DNA of 64,000 nucleotides from an uncultured Gammaproteobacteria bacterium (GCA_963797555.1 CAWCPV010000007.1:416001-480000); one strand, 5' to 3'; positions 24,805-35,763 are shown, counted from the first letter of the stretch. The notes: a model not told the origin generated them from the letters alone. Made by a program: numbers and translations.

Positions 24805-25272
24805 TGAGTACCCCCTGGATCGGGCGCACGAGCCCCGCGCTGGCCAACACCGGCCATGCCGCGTCGGAGAGTGCCTATCATGGGGGGAGGCCGCGGAGGG
24901 CGAGCGAGATGCTCGATTCGCTCGGCAAGCTGATCGACATCGACCACTAAGGTGTTGGAATCCAAGGGCATGGAACTGGAAATACGATCAAACTGGGCGA
25001 AATCGTTTCGGCCGGAAGATTACGGTAGAACATGGATTGGTCGTAACCCGGGACCAGAAGGACTAGCCCGACTGGCCAGCCATCGGCTTCGCGCACAGCT
25101 CTTTTCGGCCGGCCTCGTTGCCGGCGGCTCCGGCTCCGGATGACCGCGAAACGCAGCGCATGCCGCGGCCCTCCGGGAATCCGCCATCGATTCGGGTAGC
25201 GCCCGTCCGATGGCCACTGGAAACGATGCGCCGGAAGGGCGCCACGATACGACATCGGGAGGACCCGCAAAC

Positions 25273-26568
25273 ATGACGACGCCGTCACGACGCGCGTGGG
25301 ACTACGCTTCGAGCCTACTGAATCTGACCACCTTCGAGTCACTGGCCGATCGATTGAACCCCGACTTCAGCGAACGGCCGCCCCATGTGCCGGGCGGGGC
25401 TGTCATCTCTCCCGAGGCGCTCGCGCGGCGATGGCGGATGCTCGGTGCGCCCGCCGATTGCCGCGCACAGCTCCTGGACGAGCAGACTGTAGGCCAGATG
25501 GACGCCTATCGACACAGCATCGAGAACTTCATCGGCACCGTGAAGCTCCCGGTCGGTCTCGCGGGGCCGCTCCGTGTCAACGGGCTGTTCGCAAAGGGTG
25601 ATTATTACCTGCCCCTGGCGACAACCGAGGCCGCCCTGGTGGCTTCATACAGCCGCGGTGCGCGGCTGATCACGGAGGCGGGCGGTGCCAGCGCGCTGCT
25701 CTTGAACGAGGGAGTGAGCCGCGCTCCGGCATTCGCCTTCGCCACTTTCCAAGAGGCCGGCCGATTTCTCGCTTGGCTGCTGACTCACCAGGAAGACTTG
25801 CGCGCGGCGGCGGAGGCTACGACACGGCACGGCAAGCTGGTAGACATCCAGATCAGCGTGGAAGGGAATCACGTGTTTCTGATTCTTGTCTTCACGACCG
25901 GCGATGCGGCGGGGCAGAACATGGCCACGATCGCGACAGAGGCCGCCCTAACGTGGATCCTCGCTCAGTCCCCGGTGCGCCCCAGAAAGGCGTTCGTCGA
26001 AGCCAATTTTTCCGGCGACAAGAAGGCGAGCGCACAGTCCTTTCAGAGCGTGCGCGGCAAGAAGGTCAGCGCCGAGGTCCGGATACCCGCACCGCTCGTG
26101 CAAGCGAGGCTGCACACGACCGTCGCGGACATGGTGGAGTGCTCCCAGATGGCTACGATGGGAGGGATCCTGTCCGGCACCGTCGGCACCCAGGGACACT
26201 ATGCCAACGGGCTCGCGGCCATGTTCATCGCCTGCGGCCAGGACGCTGCGTGCGTGGCAGAGGCCGCCGTGGGCGTGACACGCGTGGAAACGACGGCAGA
26301 CGGCGACCTGTACGCCGCCGTTACACTGCCGAACCTGATCGTGGGCAGCGTCGGCGGCGGCACCGGGTTGCCCAGCCAGCGCGCCTGCCTGGAGATCATG
26401 GGCCTTGCGGGACCCGGTCACGCGCGGGCGCTGGCCGAGCTGGCCGCCGCGCTGTGCCTGGCGGGCGAGCTATCCATCATCGGGGCAGTCTCGGCCGGCG
26501 AGTTCACCCCGGCGCACGCGAAGCTCGCTCGGGGCACGAGAGCCTCGGCCTCTCCTGAGACTTTGTGA
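25273..26568 (+). CDS. Class I-type HMG-CoA reductase
   Basis: ENFIG, PLATTEAALVAS, TGDAAGQNM, GDKK, GQDAACVAE, VGSVGGGT, LAGELS, and a C-terminal catalytic His (AHAKL). Confidence 0.92.
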   Translation: MTTPSRRAWDYASSLLNLTTFESLADRLNPDFSERPPHVPGGAVISPEALARRWRMLGAPADCRAQLLDEQTVGQMDAYRHSIENFIGTVKLPVGLAGPLRVNGLFAKGDYYLPLATTEAALVASYSRGARLITEAGGASALLLNEGVSRAPAFAFATFQEAGRFLAWLLTHQEDLRAAAEATTRHGKLVDIQISVEGNHVFLILVFTTGDAAGQNMATIATEAALTWILAQSPVRPRKAFVEANFSGDKKASAQSFQSVRGKKVSAEVRIPAPLVQARLHTTVADMVECSQMATMGGILSGTVGTQGHYANGLAAMFIACGQDAACVAEAAVGVTRVETTADGDLYAAVTLPNLIVGSVGGGTGLPSQRACLEIMGLAGPGHARALAELAAALCLAGELSIIGAVSAGEFTPAHAKLARGTRASASPETL

Positions 26569-26633
26569 ACAAATCTGCTGCGCGTCTCGATAGCCGCGTC
26601 GTGCGCCGCTTGCGCACAACGAGCCTCGCACCC

Positions 26634-27389
26634 TCAGACCGCCGTCCCTATCCTCAGGACGCCTCCCACGAAGGCGGCTGCGAACAGAAAACTGTCGAAA
26701 CGGTCGAGGACGCCTCCCTGGCCGGGCAGCACGGTACCGAAGTCCTTCAGGCCCGCCCGTCGTTTCACCCAGGACGCCGAGAGGTCGCCGGCCAGGCCGG
26801 TGACGGCGATCGCCGCCGCCAGGCCCCCGGCCGCGGGTACGCTGAGTTCCAAGAGGTCGCGGAGCATCCAGGAAACGATTACTGCTCCGAGGACTCCGCC
26901 CACCGCTCCTTCGATCGTCTTCGCCGGACTCACCCGCGGCGCGAGCCGGTGGCGTCCCACGAGCTGGCCGACCACTTGGGCGAAGCCGTCGGCCGCCGCG
27001 ACGACGAGATACAGGTATACGACACCGCTCGCCGGCCAGGTGGCCGCCGTCGCCACGGTCCCGGCGGACAACACCAGGTAGGCGGCCCAGAGCGCCGCGG
27101 GCACCGGAAAGGCGGTTCGCCCGCCCCGAGAGATGGCGCGGTGCATTTCCAGCGCCCCCGCGAGCGTAATCAAAACGAACAGGCCGACGACATAGGCCGT
27201 CCCGGCTACGGCGCCCAGCACGACCGTATGCACGATGACAAAATAAGTCGCGAGCTTCAGCCAGCGGTCCCTGCGAACCTCGGGAGAGACTCGGCCACTC
27301 GCCAGCGCGAGCAGCAGCGTGCCGACGAGAAACACGCCGAGGGTGATCGGCAAAACGCGGCCAATCAGGCCGCCGGCGCCTGCAAACAC
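26634..27389 (-). CDS. Phosphatidate cytidylyltransferase-family membrane protein
   Basis: DGFAQVVG, VSPAKTIEGAVGG, GDLSASWVKRRAGLKDFGTVLPGQGGVLDRFDS. Confidence 0.9.
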   Translation of the reverse strand: MFAGAGGLIGRVLPITLGVFLVGTLLLALASGRVSPEVRRDRWLKLATYFVIVHTVVLGAVAGTAYVVGLFVLITLAGALEMHRAISRGGRTAFPVPAALWAAYLVLSAGTVATAATWPASGVVYLYLVVAAADGFAQVVGQLVGRHRLAPRVSPAKTIEGAVGGVLGAVIVSWMLRDLLELSVPAAGGLAAAIAVTGLAGDLSASWVKRRAGLKDFGTVLPGQGGVLDRFDSFLFAAAFVGGVLRIGTAV

Positions 27390-28246
27390 TGAACTGCGGA
27401 CGGAACGCAGCGCACCCGGACCTCCAACGCACCGTCCATGAGCTCTCCGTCGAGCATCAGAACGGAAGGCTGCGCCAGCCGCACATGGGTCTGGCGACCC
27501 TGGGACGCTCGGCTCGGGTCAAAGAAGCGGACGGGCGAGAGCGTGGAGAAGTTGTGAAGGGTCTGTGGAGCCCAGCGGGCGCTCAGCTCGACGATATCGA
27601 TCAGCCCGTCGCGGAGTCTCGCGTCGGGTACCGCGCGCGCGTTGGCGAGATGGGCCGTGTTGTTGACGATCAGCCCGGTGAGTGGTATGGACACGTGGGG
27701 CTCGCCGTCCCTCGACAGCTCCATTGAGAACGCGCGAGGGAGGGTGAGAAGGGCCGCGGCGACATAAGCGAGACTTCCCAGGTGCGCGAGGCGCTCGGCG
27801 CGGCGCACCAGAGAGGCCACGTACCCTAGGGCCACCGTGCTGGCGCCCAGGTAGGTCCCGCGCGTGCCGCCCAGAAAGTCCACCTCGATTTCCATCGCGT
27901 CGATGGGCGAAGCATTATCGGCCTTTAAGGCCGAGAGCCCGGTCTCCGCATCGCGAATGTTGAGGTCTCTGCCAAGGCAGTTCCCGCGGCCCGCAGGGAT
28001 AACGGCCAGGCGTTGGCGCGACCGATCCATGCCGTTCAGCACCTCGAAGATCGTGCCGTCCCCTCCGACCACCGCCAGACCGTCGTAAGCGACTGCCCCG
28101 GCAGCCAGCAATCTGGCATGTCCCGGCCGCTCCGTGTACTCCACCGCGGTGACCAGCTCCTTTAGCCGGGGCCACCAAATCGGCGGGAGGGCGGACTGCC
28201 GGCGGCCGCCCGATCGGGGGTTTACGATCGCGAGCCATTTGGTCAC
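27365..28246 (-). CDS. Diacylglycerol/sphingosine kinase-family lipid kinase
   Basis: IVNPRSG, VGGDGTIFEVLNG, IPAGRGN, LDGE. The GTG start overlaps the upstream stop (GTGA). Confidence 0.9.
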   Translation of the reverse strand: MTKWLAIVNPRSGGRRQSALPPIWWPRLKELVTAVEYTERPGHARLLAAGAVAYDGLAVVGGDGTIFEVLNGMDRSRQRLAVIPAGRGNCLGRDLNIRDAETGLSALKADNASPIDAMEIEVDFLGGTRGTYLGASTVALGYVASLVRRAERLAHLGSLAYVAAALLTLPRAFSMELSRDGEPHVSIPLTGLIVNNTAHLANARAVPDARLRDGLIDIVELSARWAPQTLHNFSTLSPVRFFDPSRASQGRQTHVRLAQPSVLMLDGELMDGALEVRVRCVPSAVQCLQAPAA

Positions 28247-28833
28247 GATGCCGCCCGGCGGCGCCTGAGAACCCAGTAAACGCCCCGAACGTCGGCTTCC
28301 CACTCGGGCAGGAGCCACAGCAACACGAATTCCTCCAGAGAGCCGAGGACGATCAGCGCAATGGTCGAGTAAAACAGCCAGGGCTGGAAACCCCAGAGAA
28401 AGAGGACGACCACGAAGGCCCCTTGCGCGTATGCACCGGCCCGAACCAGATAGGTGTGGAAGCTCGAAAGGCGGCCGTATCTGCGGAGGGCCCAGCCGAT
28501 CTCCAGCGCCCACAGGCCCAGCGCGAAGATCATGGCGAGGCTGTGTTCCCGCAGCAGGTCGCCGAAGAACGCCCACAATCCGTAGAGGGTCGCCACAATC
28601 AGCAGGCTGTCGGCGGTGGAGTCCAGCGAAGCGCCGAGCTTGGACGCGAGCCCGAATGCGCGGGCGATGAGCCCGTCCATAATGTCGCTGAGCAACGCCG
28701 CGAGAAGCAGCCACTTGAAAGGGTCTCGCTGGCCCCAATAGGTGAGCCCGAGCAGAACGGGCGTCGCGCAGAGGCGCGCCGCCGATATCATGTTAGGGAT
28801 GTGCCTGACGGCTGAACGCATGCTGTCGGACAA
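28243..28833 (-). CDS. CDP-alcohol phosphatidyltransferase-family protein
   Basis: IPNMISAAR, SDIMDGLIARAFGLASKLGASLDSTAD (DGxxAR...GxxxDxxxD). Confidence 0.92.
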   Translation of the reverse strand: MSDSMRSAVRHIPNMISAARLCATPVLLGLTYWGQRDPFKWLLLAALLSDIMDGLIARAFGLASKLGASLDSTADSLLIVATLYGLWAFFGDLLREHSLAMIFALGLWALEIGWALRRYGRLSSFHTYLVRAGAYAQGAFVVVLFLWGFQPWLFYSTIALIVLGSLEEFVLLWLLPEWEADVRGVYWVLRRRRAAS

Positions 28834-28974
28834 CTCCTGCGGGGTCCAGGGGAGACGGTCGCGGGTCCGTCTGGGAGGCTCCGGAACCGAACGGATTCGC
28901 GGGCCGCAGCGCCGTATCTGTCAACCTTCCACGGCGGCGACCTGACCGGGACGGCCTGAATGCCGTTCTCCCGA

Positions 28975-31104
28975 TCAGCCGCCTGGGGGCACCGGGAGGC
29001 CGAGCGTCTCCTCCCAGAAGAAGCGGAACGCGGGAATGGAGCAGCGGAGCTCTGCGGCCTGGTCCGCACGCAGAACCAGATACTGAAACTCCGCTTTCGT
29101 GAGCAGCATGGCACCGGCGGTGCAAAGCACCGGCTGGGAATCGGGCGGAATCTTGTTTGTATGCTTGTTCCGAGCGATCTCCAGCTCTTGCGCGAGCGGG
29201 AAGATGAGTCCCCAGTTGTCACACAGACTCTCAATCGGTTCCGGCGCCGTTCGCGCGGGCAACTGACTCAAGACCACACGCTCGCTCAAGACCCGGATAA
29301 CGGGCTGCTGAAGCGGTTTGAGATATGGGAACGTCTGCAGCAGCTCACGGTTGCGCCACATGGACCGCAGCTTATGCTCGTAGTTCTGATGGCGGATGTA
29401 GCTGTGGAACGCTGTTTCCGAAAACGCCGTCACCGTGACCGGGCTGAGTGCCACGACCGAAGCGTTGCGCTGCCCCTTTCCGATGATGATTGACATTTCG
29501 CCGATCAACTCGCCGGCTTCCATCGCGGCCAAATAGTTCTTCTTTTTCCCGTCGTAATAGATGACCTGCGCGTATCCGGTCAGGATCATGTACACCTGGC
29601 CTTCCGAGCGGCTGCCCTGGCGAATGATTATATCTCCCGCATTGAAGATCAGCACCTCTTGGTTCGCCAAAAGATTGGAAATCCAATTCGGAGGCATATC
29701 GGGGAAATACTCCATCAGAAACTCGATGGTGCGTGTCAAATTGTAATCGGTGTCGCCCCGGACAATAGGAAAACGCTTGCCGGAAGATGCCACCGTGAAC
29801 TGGGCTTGGAACCGATCGGAGAGATTATCCAGATGCAGGAAAATGATCCGCTCTGCTTCGGACGACAATGCATCAGCGGGATCGCCGTGCAGCAGACCTT
29901 CACCCCCGTCGGCGATCAGCATGTTCAACCGTTTCCGGTAGATCTCGGCCACTGAGCCGTGCCGTTCCGCGTCGATCACTCCGGTTTTCCGCATCCGTTT
30001 GATGTCTTCCAGGGACTGATTGTCGCCCGTGTACGCCAGGGTATAGGTCAGGCCGAAGTGCTCCGCCGCAAATTGAGCACCGATGGTCGGAATGGAATGT
30101 ATGGACCAATGAGGCGTTATCTTCAGGCCAAAAAAGTCTGTTTCCTTGCCTGCTGTAAGTGGAATGAGTGTGAAGTATTCATTCAGGCGATCCACGGAGC
30201 GGTCGAGCGTCAGGGAAAGTTTTTCCAGCATCATGCGGTAAATGACCGGCACCGTGAGCACTTGAATCTTGCGGTTGTACTGCAGCAAGGGTATGACATT
30301 GCAGTGGTCGTCGTGGATGTGCGTCAGGAAAATACTGTGAACCTGGTTACGGGCAATGCCCCGTGCGCGTAAATGGTAGTTTAGAAACGGGATGGCGTCG
30401 ATGAGGATATAGTTTCCGTTGTAGCACAGCGCCAATCCGGAGGATGCTTGAGTCGTGCTGAAACCGGTCGCACCGCCGAGCACTTCCACGCCGAGCTTGA
30501 CCAGCGCGGACACGGTCAGGTCGGTATTTACCGGGTAAGGAGGCTCCTGCTCTCGGCGGACGTTAAGATCAAGCTTGCTCGTTCCATGATCGAAGGACAG
30601 GCGGAAGACGTTCGGTTGGACGTGCGCGATCCGAATCCATCCGAGGTCGATCTCCTCCTCCGCAAGTTCTTTGACCTCGACCAGGGCGTCGATGGTCAAC
30701 GGCTTGCCCTCCTTGTCCTTCATGCGGAACCAGCGTGTTTCCTGTGCGAGCGCTTCCGCCTCTGGCAGGGGCAACCCCCAGGCATGCATCGTGGCTGCGT
30801 CCGGGCCGAACAGCGTCAGGTCGAGGAGGTCCTTCGCTGCGCTGACACGCCGGCTGTTGCCTATCAGCGTGAGCGGCTCCATCGTGCGTCGGTCGCTTTG
30901 GAACAGGTGGTTGTACAGAGGAAATTCCACCGCCACCTGAGACTCCCCTAGGGCGGTAGGGATGTCCGGGAGAAGGACGTGGCATGGAGAGCGCAGGCCT
31001 TTCTGCCGGATGACCTTGACGATCTCCGGCGGGACGCCGGCGAGCAAAGCATGCTCGCCATCGGTGACGTAATAGCTGCCGGGCATGAGAGGGTAGATTT
31101 CCAT
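28975..31104 (-). CDS. Metallo-beta-lactamase-fold hydrolase fused to a cyclic-nucleotide-binding domain
   Basis: FLTHIHDDH, HSIPT, YTGD, then IIRQG...YMILTG...GELIGEMS...RNASVVA. Probable start is ATG 31104. Confidence 0.85.
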   Translation of the reverse strand: MEIYPLMPGSYYVTDGEHALLAGVPPEIVKVIRQKGLRSPCHVLLPDIPTALGESQVAVEFPLYNHLFQSDRRTMEPLTLIGNSRRVSAAKDLLDLTLFGPDAATMHAWGLPLPEAEALAQETRWFRMKDKEGKPLTIDALVEVKELAEEEIDLGWIRIAHVQPNVFRLSFDHGTSKLDLNVRREQEPPYPVNTDLTVSALVKLGVEVLGGATGFSTTQASSGLALCYNGNYILIDAIPFLNYHLRARGIARNQVHSIFLTHIHDDHCNVIPLLQYNRKIQVLTVPVIYRMMLEKLSLTLDRSVDRLNEYFTLIPLTAGKETDFFGLKITPHWSIHSIPTIGAQFAAEHFGLTYTLAYTGDNQSLEDIKRMRKTGVIDAERHGSVAEIYRKRLNMLIADGGEGLLHGDPADALSSEAERIIFLHLDNLSDRFQAQFTVASSGKRFPIVRGDTDYNLTRTIEFLMEYFPDMPPNWISNLLANQEVLIFNAGDIIIRQGSRSEGQVYMILTGYAQVIYYDGKKKNYLAAMEAGELIGEMSIIIGKGQRNASVVALSPVTVTAFSETAFHSYIRHQNYEHKLRSMWRNRELLQTFPYLKPLQQPVIRVLSERVVLSQLPARTAPEPIESLCDNWGLIFPLAQELEIARNKHTNKIPPDSQPVLCTAGAMLLTKAEFQYLVLRADQAAELRCSIPAFRFFWEETLGLPVPPGG

Positions 31105-31537
31105 GGCGTGCGACTCGTTTGGGGTAGGAATCCGAAACCCTGCAACGCAGTACCGATAGCACCTTCTAGCTCGGACGGTCAAGTGCGGCGTTCGGTGCGT
31201 CGAAGCGGGATCTGGCGCCAATGACCCGTGGAGGGCTTCCTCTGAGCCAAGGGTACGTCCACGCGGCCGGGAGAAGGCGGCGGGGCGCCCACGATGGGCG
31301 TGGCGTCGTCAAGGTGCGCCCCGTAAGGGGGCGCTTGGTGGGACCGGAGCAGGAGGGTGTCGCAAGTGCACAGTGGGCACCGCGTCGGATAGGTGCTACG
31401 GCTCGGTGCGGAGGCGGGGAGGGGGCTTGGCTGCGCGCTGCCGGCGTCCGCCGCCCGGTCAGGGTGCCGCTGGGGTGCGGTTCAGCGAACCGAGAAACGG
31501 TAACCGAACAGCTCCGCAGGCCGCGACGCCCGCCTTC

Positions 31538-32413
31538 TCACCCGTAGCGCCCCGTGATGTAGTCCTCCGTCTCCTTGACTTGGGGGTTGGTGAAGATGGT
31601 GTTGGTGTCGCCGAACTCGATGAGCCTGCCCAGGTAGAGAAACGCCGTGTAGTCGGAGACCCGTGCGGCCTGCTGCATGTTGTGGGTGACGATGACGATG
31701 GTGTAGTCGGTCTTCAGCTCGTAGATGAGCTCCTCGATCTTGAGGGTGGAGATGGGGTCCAGGGCCGAGGCAGGCTCATCGAGAAGCACCACCTCCGGTT
31801 TGACGGCGATCGCCCGCGCGATGCACAAGCGCTGTTGCTGGCCCCCGGACAGCTCGGTGCCGATCCGCCCCAGCTTATCTCTGACCTCGTCCCACAACGC
31901 CGCCTTGCGCAGCGCCCACTCCACGCGCTCGTCCATCTCCCGCCGTCCCAGGCGTTGATAGAGCCGCACACCGAACGCGATGTTCTCGTAGACGGTCATC
32001 GGAAACGGGGTGGGCTTCTGAAACACCATCCCCACCTTGGCGCGCAGGTGATTCAGGTCCTGGGCACGGTCGAGCGCGTTGCTCCCGTCCAGGATGACTT
32101 CGCCGGTGGCCCGGTGACCCGGATAGAGATCGTAGATGCGGTTGAAGCACCGCAGCAGCGTCGACTTGCCGCACCCCGAGGGGCCGATGAAGGCGGTCAC
32201 CCGGTTCTCGGGGATCTCCAGGCTGATGGACTCCAGGGCGCGAGACTTCCCGTAGTAAAAGTTCAGGTCGCGCACTACGATCTTGGCTGCCGGCTGCGCC
32301 CTGAGCACGCTCTCGGCTTCGGCCGCCCAGCGGTCGTCTGGCTGCGGGGTGGGGACTTTGACCGAAGTCGGCTGTGGCATCGGTGTCATGGCGGCGGAGT
32401 GGTTTTCGCTCAT
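31538..32413 (-). CDS. pstB: Phosphate ABC transporter ATPase
   Basis: [49 protein letters not shown]. Confidence 0.97.
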   Translation of the reverse strand: MSENHSAAMTPMPQPTSVKVPTPQPDDRWAAEAESVLRAQPAAKIVVRDLNFYYGKSRALESISLEIPENRVTAFIGPSGCGKSTLLRCFNRIYDLYPGHRATGEVILDGSNALDRAQDLNHLRAKVGMVFQKPTPFPMTVYENIAFGVRLYQRLGRREMDERVEWALRKAALWDEVRDKLGRIGTELSGGQQQRLCIARAIAVKPEVVLLDEPASALDPISTLKIEELIYELKTDYTIVIVTHNMQQAARVSDYTAFLYLGRLIEFGDTNTIFTNPQVKETEDYITGRYG

Positions 32414-32417
32414 GGGC

Positions 32418-33260
32418 TCAGCGCACCGGGATGCGGGAACGCAGCAGGAAGCGCGCTAGGATATTGAATATCAAGACGCTGAATGTGATGAGCAGTGCCC
32501 CAGCCCAGGCTAGATGATGCCAGTCGTCGTACGGGCTCATGGCGAACTGGAAGATGACCATCGGCAGGTTCGCGATCGGTTGGTTGAGGTCGGTGCTCCA
32601 GAACTGGTTGTTGAGCGCCGTGAACAGCAGTGGCGCGGTCTCCCCGCTGACGCGCGCGAGGGCCAGCAGAATCCCGGTCATAATCCCGCCTCGAGCGGCG
32701 CGATAGACGATGTGCGTCACTATTTTCCACTGCGGTGCCCCCAACGCAGCAGCCGCCTCGCGTATGGTGTCGGGCACCAAGCGCAGCATGTCCTCCGTGG
32801 TGCGCACCACCACCGGCAGGACGATGAGTCCCAGGGCGAGCGCGCCGGCCCACCCGGAGAAGTGGCCTGTGCGCAGCACCACCAGCTCGTACACGAACAC
32901 CCCGATGATGATCGACGGAGCGCTCAACAGGATGTCGTTGACGAAACGGATCACCGGAGCGAGGCGCGAGGCCTGGCCGAACTCAGAAAGGTAGGTGGCG
33001 GCAAGCACGCCCAGGGGGGCACCAATCGACACGCCGACCGCCGTCATCAGGAGGCTTCCCACGATGGCGTTGGCGAGACCCCCTTCGCTCCCGGGCGGAG
33101 GCGTGTTCTCGGAGAACACGCTCCAAGTTGTCCATTGGAGGCCGTGGCTCACCAGAGTCCACAGCAGCCAACCGAGCCAGAACAGCCCGAAGGCTGTGGC
33201 CACGACGGACAGGCTCAGGCTGGCAGCGTTGACGATGCGTCTGCGCGTGTAGATTTGCAT
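32418..33260 (-). CDS. pstA: Phosphate ABC transporter permease
   Basis: [30 protein letters not shown]. Confidence 0.96.
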   Translation of the reverse strand: MQIYTRRRIVNAASLSLSVVATAFGLFWLGWLLWTLVSHGLQWTTWSVFSENTPPPGSEGGLANAIVGSLLMTAVGVSIGAPLGVLAATYLSEFGQASRLAPVIRFVNDILLSAPSIIIGVFVYELVVLRTGHFSGWAGALALGLIVLPVVVRTTEDMLRLVPDTIREAAAALGAPQWKIVTHIVYRAARGGIMTGILLALARVSGETAPLLFTALNNQFWSTDLNQPIANLPMVIFQFAMSPYDDWHHLAWAGALLITFSVLIFNILARFLLRSRIPVR

Positions 33261-33428
33261 CCTTGGCGGCGTCGGATCAGCAATCCATGGGCAAGCTAGG
33301 ACGATGGCGAAAGCCTTCCCCAGGGCCGTCGCGAGTCATACCGGACTCGGGCGCTTGCGCGTTGCGCTGTGGGGTACCCGCCGACCCGCTGATCGTCTGA
33401 CAGGAGTGCGGCACTTGCACCCCACCAC

Positions 33429-34376
33429 TCAGGCGCGCTTGCCCTCGAGGGCCGTGAGACGCATGAGGAGCAGCTTGGCCAGTACCAGCACCACGAACGT
33501 GATCGCAAACAGGATGAGTCCCAACGCGATCAGCGAGGAGGTATAGATGTTCCCAACCGCCTCGGTGAACTCGTTGGCCAGCGTGGACGAGATCGTGTTG
33601 CCGGGCATGAACAGCGAGGCGCTGAGCTGATGGGCGTTTCCGATCACGAACGTGATCGCCATGGTCTCGCCCAGTGCCCGGCCCAGTCCCAGCATGATGC
33701 CGCCCACGACGCCGGCCTTGGCGTAAGGGAGCACGATATTCCACACGACCTCCCAGGTGGTGGCGCCCACCCCGTAAGCCGATTCCTTGAGGACCGGCGG
33801 GACGATCTCGAAGACGTTGCGCACGACGGCCGAGATGAACGGGATCACCATGATCGCCAGGATGAGCCCTGCCGTGAAGATCCCGATGCCCATCGGTGGC
33901 CCCTGGAACAGTATCCCGACCACCGGCCAGTCTCCGACGTGGTCTGTGACCCATGGCTGCACGTAATCGGCAAATAAGGGGGCGAAGACGAACAGCCCCC
34001 ACATGCCGTAGATGATGCTGGGGACGGCTGCCAGCAGCTCGACTGCGGTGCCGATCGGGCGCTTGAGCCACAGCGGGGCCAGCTCGGTGATGAACAGCGC
34101 GATGCCGAAGCTGACCGGAACGGCGATGATCATCGCAATCGCCGAGGTCACCAGGGTGCCGACGATGGCGACCAGGCCTCCGAACTGCTCGGTGACCGGG
34201 TTCCAGGCGCTGCTGGCGAGAAAGCCCAGGCCGAACTTACTCAGCGCGGGCCAGGCTCCCGCCAGCAGAGACACGAGGATCGCGGCGACCAGCACCAGCA
34301 CCAGCGTGGCGAACAGGCGGGTCGTGCCCCGAAAGAGCTTATCCGCTAGCTGGCTCCGCTCCCGTGCGGTGACCAC
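33429..34376 (-). CDS. pstC: Phosphate ABC transporter permease
   Basis: [28 protein letters not shown]. Confidence 0.96.
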   Translation of the reverse strand: MVTARERSQLADKLFRGTTRLFATLVLVLVAAILVSLLAGAWPALSKFGLGFLASSAWNPVTEQFGGLVAIVGTLVTSAIAMIIAVPVSFGIALFITELAPLWLKRPIGTAVELLAAVPSIIYGMWGLFVFAPLFADYVQPWVTDHVGDWPVVGILFQGPPMGIGIFTAGLILAIMVIPFISAVVRNVFEIVPPVLKESAYGVGATTWEVVWNIVLPYAKAGVVGGIMLGLGRALGETMAITFVIGNAHQLSASLFMPGNTISSTLANEFTEAVGNIYTSSLIALGLILFAITFVVLVLAKLLLMRLTALEGKRA

Positions 34377-34517
34377 GACCGGTACCTGCTCCCAGCCTTG
34401 GATGGTCGCGTCCAGGGCTCTATCTCCAGCCTGGGACCGTCGGCACCCGGGTCACCGGAGAGCCTCGCATCGGTTTCAAAGATCCCTCCAAGAGGGCCGT
34501 TCCGCTCCACAAATGGA

Positions 34518-34548
34518 GCAGCGGGGCCGTCCAAGACGGCCCCGCTGC
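34518..34548. terminator. Perfect 14-bp stem-loop between pstS and pstC (mRNA stabiliser or partial terminator)
   Basis: GCAGCGGGGCCGTC-CAA-GACGGCCCCGCTGC. Confidence 0.6.
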
Positions 34549-34573
34549 GCGCTCGGCCGGGACAGCCGCAGGT

Positions 34574-35656
34574 TCAGCGGGCAGATGCCTGGTCGTGGGC
34601 GTCTCCGCTCCAGACGCTCTTGCCGTCGGGTCCCGCGATGTCCTTCCGCCAAGTCTTTTCGACCAGGCTCACCACGCTCTTGGGCAGGGGCACGTAGTCG
34701 AGGGCCTCGGCCATCTGGTCCCCGTTGCGATAGGCCCAGTCGAAGAAGCCGAGCACCGCCTTCCCCTTCGCGGGATTCTGCTGCACCTTATAGACGAGAA
34801 TAAAGGTTGCGCCGGTGATGGGCCAACTCTTCGCGCCAGGCTGGTCGGTCAGGACCATATAGAACCCGGGGGCACCTGCCCAGTCCGCGCTGGCGGCGGC
34901 CGCCTGAAAGCTCTCGCTGTCAGGGTCCACGAAGCTGCCCGCGTGGTTACGCAGCTTGGCATGGCTCATCTTGTTCTGCAATGCGTAGGCGTACTCCACG
35001 TACCCAATGGCGCCCTTGATGCGCGATACGTAGGACGCGACCCCCTCGTTGCCTTTGCCGCCGACTCCGACGGGCCAGGCCACGGCCTTGTCGTTCCCCA
35101 CCTTGTCCGCCCACTCCTTGCTCACCTTCGTGAGGTAGTTGGTGAAGATCCAGGTCGTCCCAGAGCCATCCGACCGGTGCACGACGGTGATGGCAGCGCT
35201 GGGCAGCTTCACATGAGGATTGAGCTTGGTGATGGCGGGGTCATTCCACTTCTTGATTTTCCCCAGATAGATGTCCGCCAGTGCCTCGGGGCTCAGCTTG
35301 ATCTCACCGGGACGCACGCCTTTGACGTTTACCACGGGCACCACACCCCCCATCACGGTGGGGAATTGCAGCAGCCCCGCCTCGTCGAGCTCCTCGGGCT
35401 TGAGGGGCGCATCCGAGGCCCCGAAGTCGACGGTCTTGGCCTTGATCTGCTTGATGCCACCGCCCGAGCCGATGGACTGGTAGTTTAGCTTCGCACCGGT
35501 CTTCTGGGCGTATGCCTCGGCCCACTTGGCGTAAACCGGGTAAGGGAAGGTCGCTCCGGCGCCCGAAATGTCCTTGACCTCCGCCGCCTGGAGATTGAAG
35601 GCGATGCCCATCACGAAGAGGCCACCGCACGAAATCCTGACGAGTTGTTTCAGCAT
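34574..35656 (-). CDS. pstS: Phosphate-binding periplasmic protein
   Basis: Signal peptide, GAGATFPYP, YQSIGSGGG, DFGASD, RSDGSGTT, GKGNEGV. Confidence 0.97.
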   Translation of the reverse strand: MLKQLVRISCGGLFVMGIAFNLQAAEVKDISGAGATFPYPVYAKWAEAYAQKTGAKLNYQSIGSGGGIKQIKAKTVDFGASDAPLKPEELDEAGLLQFPTVMGGVVPVVNVKGVRPGEIKLSPEALADIYLGKIKKWNDPAITKLNPHVKLPSAAITVVHRSDGSGTTWIFTNYLTKVSKEWADKVGNDKAVAWPVGVGGKGNEGVASYVSRIKGAIGYVEYAYALQNKMSHAKLRNHAGSFVDPDSESFQAAAASADWAGAPGFYMVLTDQPGAKSWPITGATFILVYKVQQNPAKGKAVLGFFDWAYRNGDQMAEALDYVPLPKSVVSLVEKTWRKDIAGPDGKSVWSGDAHDQASAR

Positions 35657-35763
35657 GTCGACTCCTATCGTGGCACAGAGTATCGAACGCGACGCTGTGG
35701 ATGGTGGAACCAGAGCCAGTTTGCGGGCCATAAGGTATGCGGGCCATAAGGTACAGGATGAGC

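Noticed and set aside
33261-33428. Unusually long gap between pstC and pstA
   Set aside because: No repeat, RNA motif or credible ORF recognised.
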